This document shows, piece by piece, positions 1-13,161 of a stretch of 64,000 nt of DNA. The DNA is from Moniliella sp. 'wahieum'. Lineage: Eukaryota. The translations under genes were made by a program, and so were the position numbers. The stretch lies in contig RSEE01000062.1 in the NCBI GenBank assembly GCA_003971905.1, forward strand, positions 62,001-126,000. Direction: 5' to 3'. The notes under the pieces are model-generated. The model made no database searches, had not been told where the DNA came from, and saw only the letters and a program-made list of their open reading frames with translations. Each line of letters begins with the position of its first letter. Position 1 is the stretch's first letter.

Positions 1-3000
1 GATTGTGGGCAGAGCGGGAGAGGGGATTGTGTGCGAGAGACCTGACACGATAAAAGCGATTGGTAGCGAGGGACGCTTAGAGGAAGTGGATCGAGTGGCT
101 AGAAGTTTGCGCAGTGATGGTGTTAAACACACCTGCTATGCTGACCTTTATATATAGCGGACAGCCACGGAAGCCACAAGCTGGTTACGGTTATAACAAG
201 ACATGGAGGATGACCCCACGGCCTGCCCAAGGGAGACTTGGTGCCCGCATATTGGTGATGCATGATGTCTGATGTCTGATGTGTGACGTGTGACTTTCGA
301 AGGGAGACGTGTGATGTACGATGCATGATCCAAATGATGTGGATGATTCATCGATGATCGATAGTGGATAACGGGCGGTTGCTGAGTCCATGCACCATGT
401 TACACCCGTTTACACCCTGTTCCATGTTACACCTTAATAGCTTCAAGCTTTTCATGCATCATCGATCATGTGCATGGTTTTTGATTTTTAAGGCTTAATG
501 ACTTGTCAATGAACGCGGTTAAGATGATTGTGCTACGTAGCAAGTCCGGAGCGCTGGCACGCGTTTGACGCTCGTGTCGCTCCAGCAGGCCAACCCAACC
601 TGCTGCACCATCCTCTGTGGAGCGCTGTAAGCATGCGATGAGCGCTGAGCGCGAGCGCTCAGGCTGAGGACTGCTTAATGACACCAATGATTAGATCGTA
701 AACATCAGGACAGTTGCACCCTCCCGTAGGTGGCTTCGGGGCCCCATACTCCCAGCGTGGATTTTTGACTCCGCATACAGGGTGTCTTCCTCTTCACGCG
801 CGTAAAACGGGACTTTTCCAAGCGTTCATCGCGATCACCGGGGGTGCTCACGGATCAATGTCACTCCTTGCTGCAGGCCTCGGAGGATCAAGAGCACCCA
901 CCGCCACATCGTGCCCACCGCCAAGGAGCCTGGCCTGGGCAAGTCTGGGCGCCGAGGCCCCCACATGTCGTAAGTCACGCGTGACGTGCCACCGAAACGC
1001 ATAACGCGTAACGCGTAACGCCTCAGGCTTGCGAACAACCTCAGTGTCTCAGCGCCTCAGCTCGTCTGTCGTTTCTAATTCGTGTCGCTCCGTACATTCA
1101 GGCGTACCCGCACCGCGTCACACAAAAATGCACGGTACGGCTCTCCTCCACAGGCCTTGGCGTGTCATTTTTACCTTGATCGATAAGATTAGATATGCCA
1201 ATATCTTATGCCAATGCGGCATGGGCACGTCTGTGCTTGGCGTGCTGTAAACTCAAATTGCGTCCGCGGGTTGTATAGACTAGACAAATTCCGAACAGAA
1301 GGAAGACAAGAGCCAACACAACAATTAAACATCCAAGCTTTTGGACTTCAACGTCAAGTTACCATGTGAAATTGGCATTGAAGCGATCGGACGGCGATAG
1401 CCAATCCCCTACTTCGCGCATCGGGGGTACCGGGTACCCTCCACGCCCATCGCACATTGCTTCCGTCCCCCCCCCCCGCGCCACCGCTGGCGTGATTTCA
1501 CAAAAGAAGCTTTTGAAGCTTGGTTCGCTCTCATATAGAGAAAGAGTATAACATGTGTATACAATGCCGTCTACCATGACGGTTATTCCCTTCGATCCCT
1601 ATTGCCCCTACATATAATACAGGATGCCACATGTGGAATGGGTCTTCTGGAGTAATGCAGCACCGGTCATCATGCATCATGGGAAATTTTTAAGGCCAAT
1701 TGGGCTCAAAATGATTGATTAAAGAATGTCGGTTTTTGAGGCAACGGTACTATTAGTGTACTCAGTCTGAGTGTACCTCGTCTCTTCATCTATCAGTACT
1801 CAGTTGTGTATTCAGTGAGTACACTAGTACTGACACCAAGTCACTGGTCACCGGCCGGTAAGGTCTAACCTTCGCTACACTTTACTTACAGTTACTAGTT
1901 ACTAGTTACTGCCAAGCCGAGCAAGCATGCACTTATCTATGTGTGCATGCTTCCAAAAATAAAGTTTTAAAGGTCCCGGTCACCGGTCACATTCAACGAT
2001 CGAGGATTGTGCCCCAGTGCATATAGTTTGTGGTAATCACGCGTGATATGTGACCAAAAAACGATCTAAGACATGCTACTCACTTCTGAGATCTGACATG
2101 TGCATGTGAGAGCGTAGGTCTTTGTGGGTGCCGCCGGGATTGCTCGCACTTGACCCGTGACCGACAATCTGTCGACACGTCGTCCCAATCGGCTCGGCTG
2201 TAACTAACACTCGACACATGGTGCAGGCATGGAAATATGACGAAGTGCCATCCTCTTGCATCCGTTCAGCAACACCACCTTCCCCTAGTCTATGGTCAGG
2301 ATGAAGTAGTGAAGCTTTTCAAAAGCTTTTCAAGTTGAAGTTCGAAGTGTGACATTTGACACAGGAGTGTCATTCAGCTATAGCGAGCAAAACTTCAGGT
2401 GCACCGCAACGCCCTCAACGTCCTCAACGTCCTCAACGTTCAAACATTTTGTTCACACATCATCCTGATCAGAAACGTACACATGCCAAGCGTCTCTGGG
2501 GAAACAATAATAGATGATTCAAGCACTTTTCTCGTCTCTTCGCTCGTGCCGGTTATGTTGAAGCCTAATGTGTAAATCGCTTATTGGAAGAGTAGAGGGG
2601 TTTTAGCGGGCCTACTTCCTGCGCCATGAAATTCATGAAGCTTGGTACATGATGCATGATGCATGAAAGCTTGATGTATGCGAGAAGCGCGGCGCAATCC
2701 AGCGGATAACGGACACACCTTCAAGCTTCTCTGGCAAGCTTCAATAAGCTTCAATTACGACTTCTCAGCTTCAACATAACGTTCTTCAAGCTTCAACTTT
2801 CCTTCAGTGCCACAATGACGGTCTTTTCGGTTGCTCGCACCGGCTACCGGTTACCGGTCACCATGTACCTTTTGGACTTGAACGTTGAACCTGCCCCCCC
2901 TCTGTCGTTTAATATGTCAGCCTTTTCAACGCCAAGAACTGACATGCTGCCATGATGTCAAGCATATGCTGCGGAACAACGCGATCATCAATCACCGATC

Positions 3001-6000
3001 AACGTTCAACGTGTGCAACGGAGCGTTCACGAGCTTCACTATCATGATGCATGATCGTTAGAAACATTTTGTGATCGATAATCGATGATCATCGATCATC
3101 GATCTCATACCCAATCGGGCGTGCGAGCAACTGTGTCCGAGGACAGGGGCCGCACAGGCTGCTGGCAGATTCTTGTGCGCAGATACCACAGTGTGTGCTG
3201 CGTTTCTCTCGCGCAAGGAAGTTCTCGCTTTTCTTTTTGGTGGCCCCGTACACAGTTGGTCCATGCGCTCAAGCGAAGAGGGTGCCCTGGGGTGCCCGGT
3301 GCACGATGCAACTAGCAATACCCGAAATATCCGAGGCTGAGAGATGCTTGGCCGGAAGGTCCGGCGGAGTGTAGAACGTTATATATGGTAGGGCACCGAT
3401 ACCATCTGAGTTTTGGCGATATGGGGCACGAAGGCCAAAATGAGATATGGCACAACGGTCTCCTCGAGAGACGCATGACGTATGGTGCACTGCATGGTTT
3501 GGGTGCTGCGTTGTGTTGCATGTTGTGCATGCATGTTAGATGGATTTTCTCATCTTTTAGCATGATATGTGATGCACGGCGTGCATCACATGTGACATGT
3601 GACAAGTGACATGCGTGTATATGATAGCGATAGCTGTACCACAGTGCTACACCCTGCTACATGCACTCTACACCCTACCACGCCCTACTACACCTCGGCC
3701 CCAAGTGCCAAGATTTGGAAGAACAAAGATTTCTTCCCGTTTCAGCAGGGTGCATGTTTCAGTGAGTCCGCCTGGGTCAGCGGGTGCGGCTTTCCCGAAG
3801 GCTTGGCAGGACAACAGAACCCTGGCGTGTTGTCTTGTTCAACGTTCAACCGTTCAACATTCTCAACTTATGAAAAGGTCAATTATATCCTTCAAAGCTT
3901 GAAGCTTGAAGCTTTAAGTTAAGGATAAGGCCGGTAACCGGTAAGGTCTAAGAGGCGCTATAAAGGCTGCTTAAAGCACGCAGACCCCAAGGTGAAAAGA
4001 ACCCAGCTATAAAGTACGCGGCACTCAAGAGTCCTTATGTCATCGATGAGACGCTCCGCCGGCCCAGAGGCCAGCCCCGCAAGGCAGCTCAGGGACCACA
4101 GCTTCACCATCATGAGTTAAGCGAAGTATCAATGTGGTTGGAAGGGAGGTGTGAAGTCCACACGCACTGCAAACGCCCGAGGGAAGAGAGGTATCCATCG
4201 GGCTCTTTGCATATGGTGCGAAGCCTGAAGCTGACTAGTGAGGGTCAATTGATAAGGATTTTTTGTTGGCTATGTGCATATATACACATGTGTGAGAAGT
4301 ATGACAGAGAGTCACCCCGATCGAGACAGCTAAAATAATCTACTTCTCGTTCGCCATCTCTTCGCGTAATCGCGACTCTCACATCAAACCGGCAACCCCG
4401 TTAACATATCCGCATTAATAGGCTAAATTGTATATAGAACTTCAATTAGGGACGAACAAAAGCTGCTCCCGCGGGGCTGGCTCAGCGCTCATCGATCATC
4501 CCGCATATGTCGCCCCAACCCAACCAAAAGGTGTTATATATAGTGGTGTTGCCAGTATATGCCAATACTTCCGAATACATAGTCAGTCGCTTAGAAACTG
4601 GATTTTTATATAGCGCGAGCTGAGACGAATGAGCGTGGTAGACACACGAAGCGATGAACGTTGAACCATCTTCAATGAAACTCTTCTTCAGAGTAAGATT
4701 CTTCCAATTCTCAAAGATCTTGTTGGCAGTCTTGTTCGTGACATAGTACACCTACGTGTTGCCATGACAACATAGGGGGAAGACAATCTCTGAGCGTGCC
4801 CCTGATACTTTTTCATGTAATAACATTCTGCTATCTCCAACGTTCGATTCAGCACCTTTCCCACGGTTCCACTAGCGTTGCCGTCTCATCATATATTCCA
4901 CCTTCGGGTACGCAACATTGATCCCATTTAGTACTTGTATACTCGAAAGTTCTCCATATACTGCGTGGCCCACCTACACATCCCTAATTATCCTAAAGCT
5001 CCTGGTCGTCCCACCCTGGCTCACTCGGTAGCGCTACACATCGCCCAGTCCCCCTGTATCATGGCTCCTACTCATCCACTCCGGAACCGGCTCACTGTTG
5101 AGATTATGTCATCCCGGATGGAGCGCGCAATTTTGAGGACCGTCATCCGTATGCGACCTCGTGCAACGCCTCCGCAATTTGGACTGGGTGAGAAGTTCAG
5201 ACCAATATGGACTCCAACAATGATCTCAATCCACATTGGAACACTTTTTCTGCGCTAGGAACTCCACAGAGCGCATGTGTGGCCCTGAAGACCAATTTGA
5301 GTTGACCCTGTTTTTCGGTGAACTCGAGGCACTTGGACCTGGCGTCGAAGAAAGCAAAGTGTATGGTTGAACGCATTTGCTGTGCTCACAATCACATTGC
5401 CATCCGCCGCATTGAGGTACTTGAGTATAGGTCTTTTTGGTCATTCTCATTTTACATCTTCCAGCCGCTCGGGCACTGGGTTGAAAACGCGTTCACCGTG
5501 CACGCGTCCGTGCGAGCCGCGAAAGATTTGGGATCTAACAGCTCAAGCATCCTATTGCACAGTTAATCCAAGTCGCTCACTCGCTCACTCGCTCGCTCGG
5601 CCATCAGCGCTCTCGTCTGTTCGGACACAAAAAGCAATGAAGTGCTCGCGGCGTTTTCAAGCCACAATCCGCCAACAAGGATGAAGCTTGAAGTTATGTA
5701 AAGCGACCGGTGACCGGAGTATTATTGGCGTGGTCGATAACCGAATCGATCACCAGTCACCGGTCACCAGCTATCGAAAAGCTGGTCACCGGTCAGTACT
5801 CAGTAGTCATAGTCACTAGTCACTGGTCACCGGGGTAATGTGTGCATGTGGCTTGTGATGGTGTGACATCATGCATCATGCATTATGCATCATGCCACTG
5901 CAAAATGACTGTGGGGCCTGGGGGCGCATATCCCGCCCTGCTCTGGCCTCCGGGCGTATACGGGATGTCCACAATGTCCAACGCTGGGCTTGAGACTGGA

Positions 6001-9000
6001 AACGTATGAACGGGCAATATGGTCGGCCTCAGCGCCTCAGCCTGAGGCCTGAAGCCTTGGCATCTCGGCGCCGGTGATGTCACATGGCACAACTAAATGG
6101 CACACATGCCTCTTCAGCGTCTCAGCATGCCACCTCAAGCTCCAACTTGAAGCTTCAAGGCCTCCACATTCTATCTTGCGCTCATCTCGATCGATCCGGT
6201 AATCATAAAAAGCACCTTCTCGCTCGGCCTCTCCTCGAAGCAGTGCTCATCAACCTGTGACCGCTGAGCTCACTTTTGCCAGCGCTCAAATGTTCCTACG
6301 CCTGTGGGACCTAATATAAGAATCAGGCCTGAATATCCTGAATCATGAATACTAAGTCCACCGCAGTGAAGGATCGCTCCTGGTGCCTCACAGCCACTGT
6401 CAACGTGTCAACCAAAACCTTCTTGATAACGGCAAAAGTTTCCAGCTGTGTCGTATATATGCTTCTGGATGATATGCTTTTCATGAAGCATTATGGACTG
6501 CCAGGGAGCGAGAGAGAAACAATCTGTTTCTCACAGTTGGAAAACACATATAATAGTAACCCAAAAGAGCACGCCCTCAGCCTGTTCCTCTTCCTCTCCC
6601 TCCCCTGTTTTTGTAGATGACGAAACTTTTGAATGACTACTATATAAGGCAGGTGAGGCCCTGATGCCTGATGCCCCCTCTTTGTCTCCACGCGCGCATT
6701 TTCCCTCTTTCTATGCTCCACGCAAAAGCCTTCAGGGTGCAGGGACCAAATGTTCTCTGTCCATGAGGTAAAGCCACCATTCGCACGCGGTCTTTGTTGC
6801 ACAAATGTATAGTACTATACACCGACACACATGCGTCGAACGTTGTAGTTCGCACTTAGATCAATTTAGTTGTACTGTCCTCGGATATCAGACGCAAAAC
6901 CAGCATAATCGAATACATTTTCACTGAAGGGGAAACGGTGGCAATGGAGGTCAAAGAGACAAGAGTACGAGAGGCTTTCCAAAGGAAAAGCCTGTGTGGA
7001 CAACAGGTCTGATCCGGTGGCCGTAAATTATCTCGGGAAAGCTACAGCAAAACGGTCTCCAATGTAGCCATGGATGCACATAGGGCTAGAGGCTATGCAG
7101 GCAAGACGACTAGGCCAACTATAGGAAGTGTGTTCCCCCTTCCCCCTCTCTCTATGTAGAGTACTGACATAATGCGATGCAGACGGTGTCTGGTGACGCA
7201 TTTGATGCATATAATTGTGCAAGAAGTCAAAAGGAAATTCAATGATGCACATTTGTGCATCAGGGGGATTGAAATGCTCGGGTCAATGTCGATGTACAGC
7301 AAGAGGTCTTTCGACTGAGACGAAGATACTTGTCAAAACATGCCAGTATGGGCGCTGTGGACCTTCGCCAGTGAGCGCCAAGAGCATAGTTGGAGCTTCG
7401 GGCGCTCTCAGTCATAGGCTTCCTCATATCCGCTAGCAACTGGCAGTGTGTGGTTCCCCCGGGCGGAAATCCAACATTTGAGACCCGCCCCATTCTGGAA
7501 TCCTCGGCTATTGTGTTCGCTTCGGCTGTCTTCTTTTCTAACTCCCTTTCATTCCCTCCTTCTCTCTACGCTCTATTCTCTACTTCTACTCTTCACCAGC
7601 AACCAATCATTATCGATGATTCATCTAACCTCTGCTCTTGATTGCCATTTTACTTGGCATCAGCGGGGTTTGTGGCAGTAGTGTGATCGACCCTCTCCGG
7701 CTCACCTGAACGGAAAACGCGTTCGGTTTACCGCATTTTCTCTCTCGCGGCACGATAACCATTGCTGGGGAGGAGGGCCCCTTTGTATGCTTTGACAATG
7801 TTGCTCTCCAGATTGTTCTACACTGGAAATAATGGTTTGCTGGAACATATCTTTCCAATGACGCTGGCCCCCTTTCTTAAATCTCGTCCCACCTTCTCTG
7901 AATACCAGCCATAACCTCTGTTGGTGACATGTGGTCGGTAGCACCGACATTTTCTATCTGGCCAGCCCATGTGCCACTACCAGTGGAACGAGAGGCTGCA
8001 CAGGTCCCGATATCAGACGTTCCTCTTCTCCAGGCCCATCCCCCCCATTCACCAAGACGAGACGAGACCGAATACGACGCAAAGAGTTCGGGCTCGTGTT
8101 GTAGCGTCGCAACACTATATGATCGCACCCCGTAGGAATTTTCGCAACAGTAAGTAAGGTGCACAGCCTGTGTGGTCCCCCCATCATATGTGTCCAGGCA
8201 AAAAAACAAAACCAAAATATTACCGTGTTTTTGTCGAAGGACCAATGGGATCCTTATCTTGAGAATTACTAATGGTATAGGCACGTTTGAAGCATCCCCA
8301 AAGTACAATCTCGTAAAAGGAGTGATGTGGTGTGGCCTGTACAGAGGCCAGAGACAGCTTAATGAGGGTCGATGGGGGGGAACTGGCTCTTGAATTGAAA
8401 GTCCGGTGCTGAAGTACTCTTCGGTTGCTTCCGGATATCTCCCCTAATGTTATACCACATCCATGCGCTGGGGTATTAAGCATGGTGCTCCTCTTGGGAT
8501 CGCTAACAGGATGCGATATTAGTCCATTTGATTGTGACGACTAAGATAAGATGTGGGGCGGATGACCCATCTGAAAAGACAGGTTGTCGAGCCCCCTGCC
8601 TGAGCCTGTGCCCCCCCCTTTGCCTTCCTCGCCCCCGACTTGCTCCCCCCATGTGCCACGGGGCGATACTACGCAGCAGCCACCAGAATATTTCCGTTGG
8701 CGCCGCTGTTGGATATCGCACGCTCTCGGCTTCTGTTATACTAGCCGGTGATCGACGTGATCCGTGTACGCGATCGCGCCGGATTTACCTTCAAAAACCG
8801 ATGTGGTCTCCAACAGACCACAGCTTGGCCGTTTGCCTATTGTGTAGCTCGCGGGCCAACTTTGCCTGCCTACATAAAGACCCCCGCTCTGTACTGAGAA
8901 TTCATAGGGGGCGAGCAACCAATCGTCTTGTCCTGCGCCCCCCGTCAACTGGCCTCGCTTGGACTCAGCCTGGGAACGCGACCGCAAGCAAGGCAGAGGG

Positions 9001-10434
9001 GCGACGACCCTTTGGGGGCGAAGCACGCGCTTCGGGCCTACGTTTGATCCCCTTGTCCGGCGAGCTAAGACGGCTGACTCCCTCTCGGGCCATGTCAGAC
9101 AAGGTTCTCTTCGTCCAGGAGGCCATGCCGTTATGCTACGGATCTACCTCTTATTCCCTGTTCTGACCCCTCCGACCCGATTAGATCGTTCCCAACACCG
9201 TCAACACCTTTACGGTCTTCGATAGTAAAGGAGGCGGATCGCTTTGGATGCCAATGGTACTCACATTCAGGCTGCATGGAATGGTGCTTGATATACCAAA
9301 GGGAAAGGAGAAGCAATCGCACGGTATATCATCGCATGAGAGTCGGAGGGAGAGATACACAAAGGGGTCAAGACCTAGAACAGGGTCACACGCACAGCCG
9401 GTGCGTATGTGTGTGTGAGCCGTCAGACCGATCGTCCTTGCCCGGCGACCGAGGTGGCCATCGACGCGATACGCATCCTTGGCGACAACACAACAGTCGC
9501 ATCTTGTGCCTGTTTGGCTGTCGCTCCTCCAGTACTCACACTGTGCTCTATTTTGGAACACAGGTCGTCTCGCCTCTTTCTACTTTTTCAATCCCTTGCT
9601 TTTCCCCGTTCTTATATATGGCCTTTTGGCTCTCTTTTAGTCCCCGCCGTTTGCCTGTAAAAACGGTTTGGTGCCCTCCTCGCGGTCCATGGCTATTGGC
9701 GTCTTCTCCTCCCGGTTCTCATCAATTATGGTTCAATCCACTGGCATCGTCCTCTTCGAATTGCTTCCATCACCCAATCATCCAACTTCCACCGTTTCTC
9801 CGAGCTCCCAGAACCCAAAAGCAATGATGTCTCCCTCTGCCCCCTCACCTGTACCCGAGTCCGAACCGCGCTTCAGACATGCCACTACTTACCAACGGTA
9901 CAGTACATTACGCAACTTGTCATACAACTAATGAGCCGCTGCATCTGCCAGACACCACAAAAAGCCTCTCCTTGTCCTCTTTTCACTCCGCATGTGTGAG
10001 ATAATTCGATACTGCACCTCTCAGTCGTCGTAGTTCGATGGTTCCCATTGAACCGTCAGTTACGAGAAGTCCAGCGCACTCACGTCCCATATTGACGTGG
10101 AGACGATAACTTGATCTAACCAAACCGTGTGCGCCGCTGACACTAATAGAGGATGCCAGTGTTCTGGCCGTGTGTCTGTGCGCCTTCCTTTTGTGCTCTC
10201 TTGCGTTCCTGTCCCCTCTTCTGTCTTAATTCTCTCCACGACTGACGCCGCTTCCACACGACATTTCGTTCATCTCCGTGCTCATGATCAGCTCCCTAGC
10301 TCTTTCAACCAGTCGAGACCATCTGATTGCGGCCGGCTGAGCAGAGCGCAACTCTACCTACCCACACGCACGCCTTTGGTTTGGTAAATGCATGCTGACG
10401 ACAATTGGGGATTGATCAATGCATCGCGCACCGA

Positions 10435-11285
10435 CTACTGCGCCATGAAGCCGCCATCGACGAGGTACTCGGCGCCGGTGCAAAACTTGGCCTCGCTGCT
10501 GGCCAAGAAGAGACACATGTTGGCGATGTCTTCCGCTTCGCCCAGGTGGCCAATAGGATGCATATTGACAATGCTCTCGTTGACGACGCCCTCGACCATG
10601 GGTGTTTGAATGAACCTGTTAATGACACCGCTCTGGGGTCAGTATCCCCCCAATGGATCGAGTACACTCTACGACAGCTTCTACAGGGTGGAGAGAGATG
10701 TACGTACCCGGGATGAACACTGTTCACGCGAATGTTATGTTTGGCGACCTCCAGCGCAATTGTCTTGGTCATCAAACGCACACCTCCCTTAGTGGCACTG
10801 TAGGGGGAGAAGGAGGGGAATCCTGCAAAGCCAAGGATCGAAGACATGTTGATGATGCTTGCACCACCCTCTGTCGGAGGCTGGTTCGTCTTCATGAGCT
10901 CTACTGAGTGCTTGCAGCCGAGGAACACGCCCGTCAAGTTGACGGACAAAGTGCGGTTGAAATCCTCAAGGGAAACATGTTCAACTTCGACTTGGGGTCC
11001 CTTGATACCTGCATTGTTAACAAGAATGTCAAGGCGGTGGTCGACCTGCTTGATGGTAGCCAAGGCAGCCTCCCAGTCCGACTCGCTCGAGACATCGAGC
11101 TTGAGGCTGGTGGCTTTGCCTCCCTCTTTGACAATCGCCTCAGCAGCCTTCTCGCTGTGGGCAACGTCGGCAAGCCAGACTTTGGCACCTTGCTTGGCCA
11201 GTACCCGGGAGGTCGCTTGCCCAATCCCGCTCGCAGCGCCCGTGACGAGTGCAACCTTGTTGACAACACGGCCGGGAAATGACAT
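10435..11285 (-). CDS. Classical short-chain dehydrogenase/reductase (3alpha,20beta-HSD / cyclopentanol dehydrogenase-like), 2 exons
   Basis: TGAASGIG nucleotide-binding motif, NNAG, YSATK catalytic YxxxK and IRVNSVHPG. Intron 10707..10616 (GTACGT...CTGAC...CAG) restores HPG-FIQTPM...HPIGHLGEAEDIA...YLVDGGFMAQ*. Confidence 0.95.
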
Positions 11286-12331
11286 TTTTGGTGTATAGTG
11301 CAGATGCTAGACCAGTAAAGTGGCGACGGACGCGGGTGGAGGAGAATCCTTAATTGGGGTGGGTGGAAGTGGATAGATGGAGAGAGTTGGTAAGCGTGAA
11401 GCGTCGGGGTAGGGGGGGGGTAATGATTCCTCATGGATGGAGAGAGGGTATATATATTCCCGAGGTGTTGCAATTAATGGAACCATAGGGAGGCCCGTGT
11501 GCGCTACATGATGGACGCCCCAACGCAGCACATGTTTGGGGAGGCGAGAACTGGCAGATAGTCGGCTATGAAGTTGTGCCACCACAATATACTACGCTGT
11601 ACCTTAAATGGCAAGTGTCACGATTTAAGCTTCCAGACCCCAGGCTTCGAGCCAGCTTGACACATGTCTAAAACGTAGCTTGACAGGTCGCTGGTGCATG
11701 TCATTAGAATGTGGGGAGAGATGCTATCATGGATGCAAAATGTGGGGAGAGATGCAATAAATGCTAAGTGCCATCCTCTCTACGATCGAAGTTCTAATAA
11801 GCGCTAAGCGCCCTACTTCCTCACAGCGCCCTCAGCGCCCTCAGCGTTCAGCGCCTCAGCACCAGCCCTCACGGAATAGCCGGATGCGCCCAGTGCACGG
11901 GCCAGTGTAGCAATGCAAGTATGCCAGAACGCAAGCGAGACATCGGATGAGTCTCTACGATGCAGACAGCGGATACAGCGGATGTGAGAGAGAGGAGGAG
12001 TATCGAGTACAAGCGGGAGCGGGTACAGGTGGTGGGAAGGCAAATACAGGCGTTGCTACAAGAAGAAAAGAACCCTTCTGAGTAGGGAAGCTAACTGAAG
12101 AAGACCTAGCCACAGAGCCACGTGGAAACACCAGGGGGGGGGGGAGGTAGATATGACATACACATTCTTTGGAGTATAGAGAGACCTGGCCCTCCCCAAT
12201 CGCAATTGTTACGGGGCGCTCTCTGGTTATTTTCGGACACTGAGCCCCGCATGTCGTATTAGACATCTCAGCCCAACACACGTCAGTCCTGCTAGACTAG
12301 CGAGAGAGAGAGCCAGACGCGACCTGATCTG

Positions 12332-12467
12332 AGTCTCAATGGAGATGTGGTTCACCGCTCGTATGTCTACCATCACGCTCATCCGTATCCACACGTTCGG
12401 CCTTGGGTATGGGAACGGATGGCGGGTACCGGAGGGCCCTGATCTCTCCCCTTAAGCTCTGTCAATG
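12332..12467 (+). mobile_element. Decayed, 5'-truncated relic of the 3' end of a CRE-type retrotransposon related to the element at 43.2-46.2 kb
   Basis: Aligns by eye to the reverse complement of ~43407..43298 (ARMST...IHT..LGYGNGWR vs ARMST...VHT..LGYGTGWR). It also shares the exact 18-mer CCTTAAGCTCTGTCAATG (12450-12467 vs 43199..43182). Confidence 0.85.
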
Positions 12468-13161
12468 ATATATGGTTACAGTATAGAGATGAACAAAGGG
12501 GAAAGGGAAGAGCGAGATATCTAGGGGGTGCACAGGGACTTGAGCGCTTGAGCGACGACAGCTTCTCAATCCTGCAATCCGTCGACATCACTTTTGCGAG
12601 ACGCGAGGAATAGGGAAGGACGTAGCGACGAGGCCGAGGGGCAGTCTTGCGCAAAACACGGTGCTTGCTCCTCCATGTCGCACTCGATTGCGGGCACAGT
12701 CTGGCCTGGTGGACAGGACGTCGCTACGCCAGGACATGGGGGGATGCGGGTGGGGTGGGTGGGCGGCCAGCTGGTGAGCAAGCGAGGATCACGTGCGGGT
12801 GCTGCCTGAAAGCGCGTGTTGGGGTCAACGTTTAACGCAGGACGCACTAGGGTTAGCCGTCTGTGCTGCAGTTGGGCTGGGGCGCATGTACTTTCACGGG
12901 GTTGGGTTAATGCAACGCCGCTCACTCGCCCCGTGCAGCGTGCGGGCGGTGGCACGGGGACAGTGGCCGGTGGAGTGCCAGTGTGTGGCTGCCGAGTGCC
13001 GTGCTGTCCGAGGCTGGGCGGCAGACACGCGTTATGCTTCCCGCGTTGCTCGCGGCCGCCTGTGACATGTGATGGCACGGACATGTCAATCATATCAATA
13101 CCAACCCCATATCCGTCGCAGTGCTCACTGGCTTCACTCGCTTCCCTCCCCCTCCCCCGCC

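Noticed and set aside
8528..9827. ORFs of 212 and 183 aa in the gene-poor region
   Set aside because: No recognisable motifs and atypical composition, so they cannot be supported as genes.
12816..13161. N-terminal extension of the hydrolase ORF from the track's start at 12816
   Set aside because: Non-ATG start with UTR-like composition. ATG 13162 plus a homopolymer frameshift explains the gene better.
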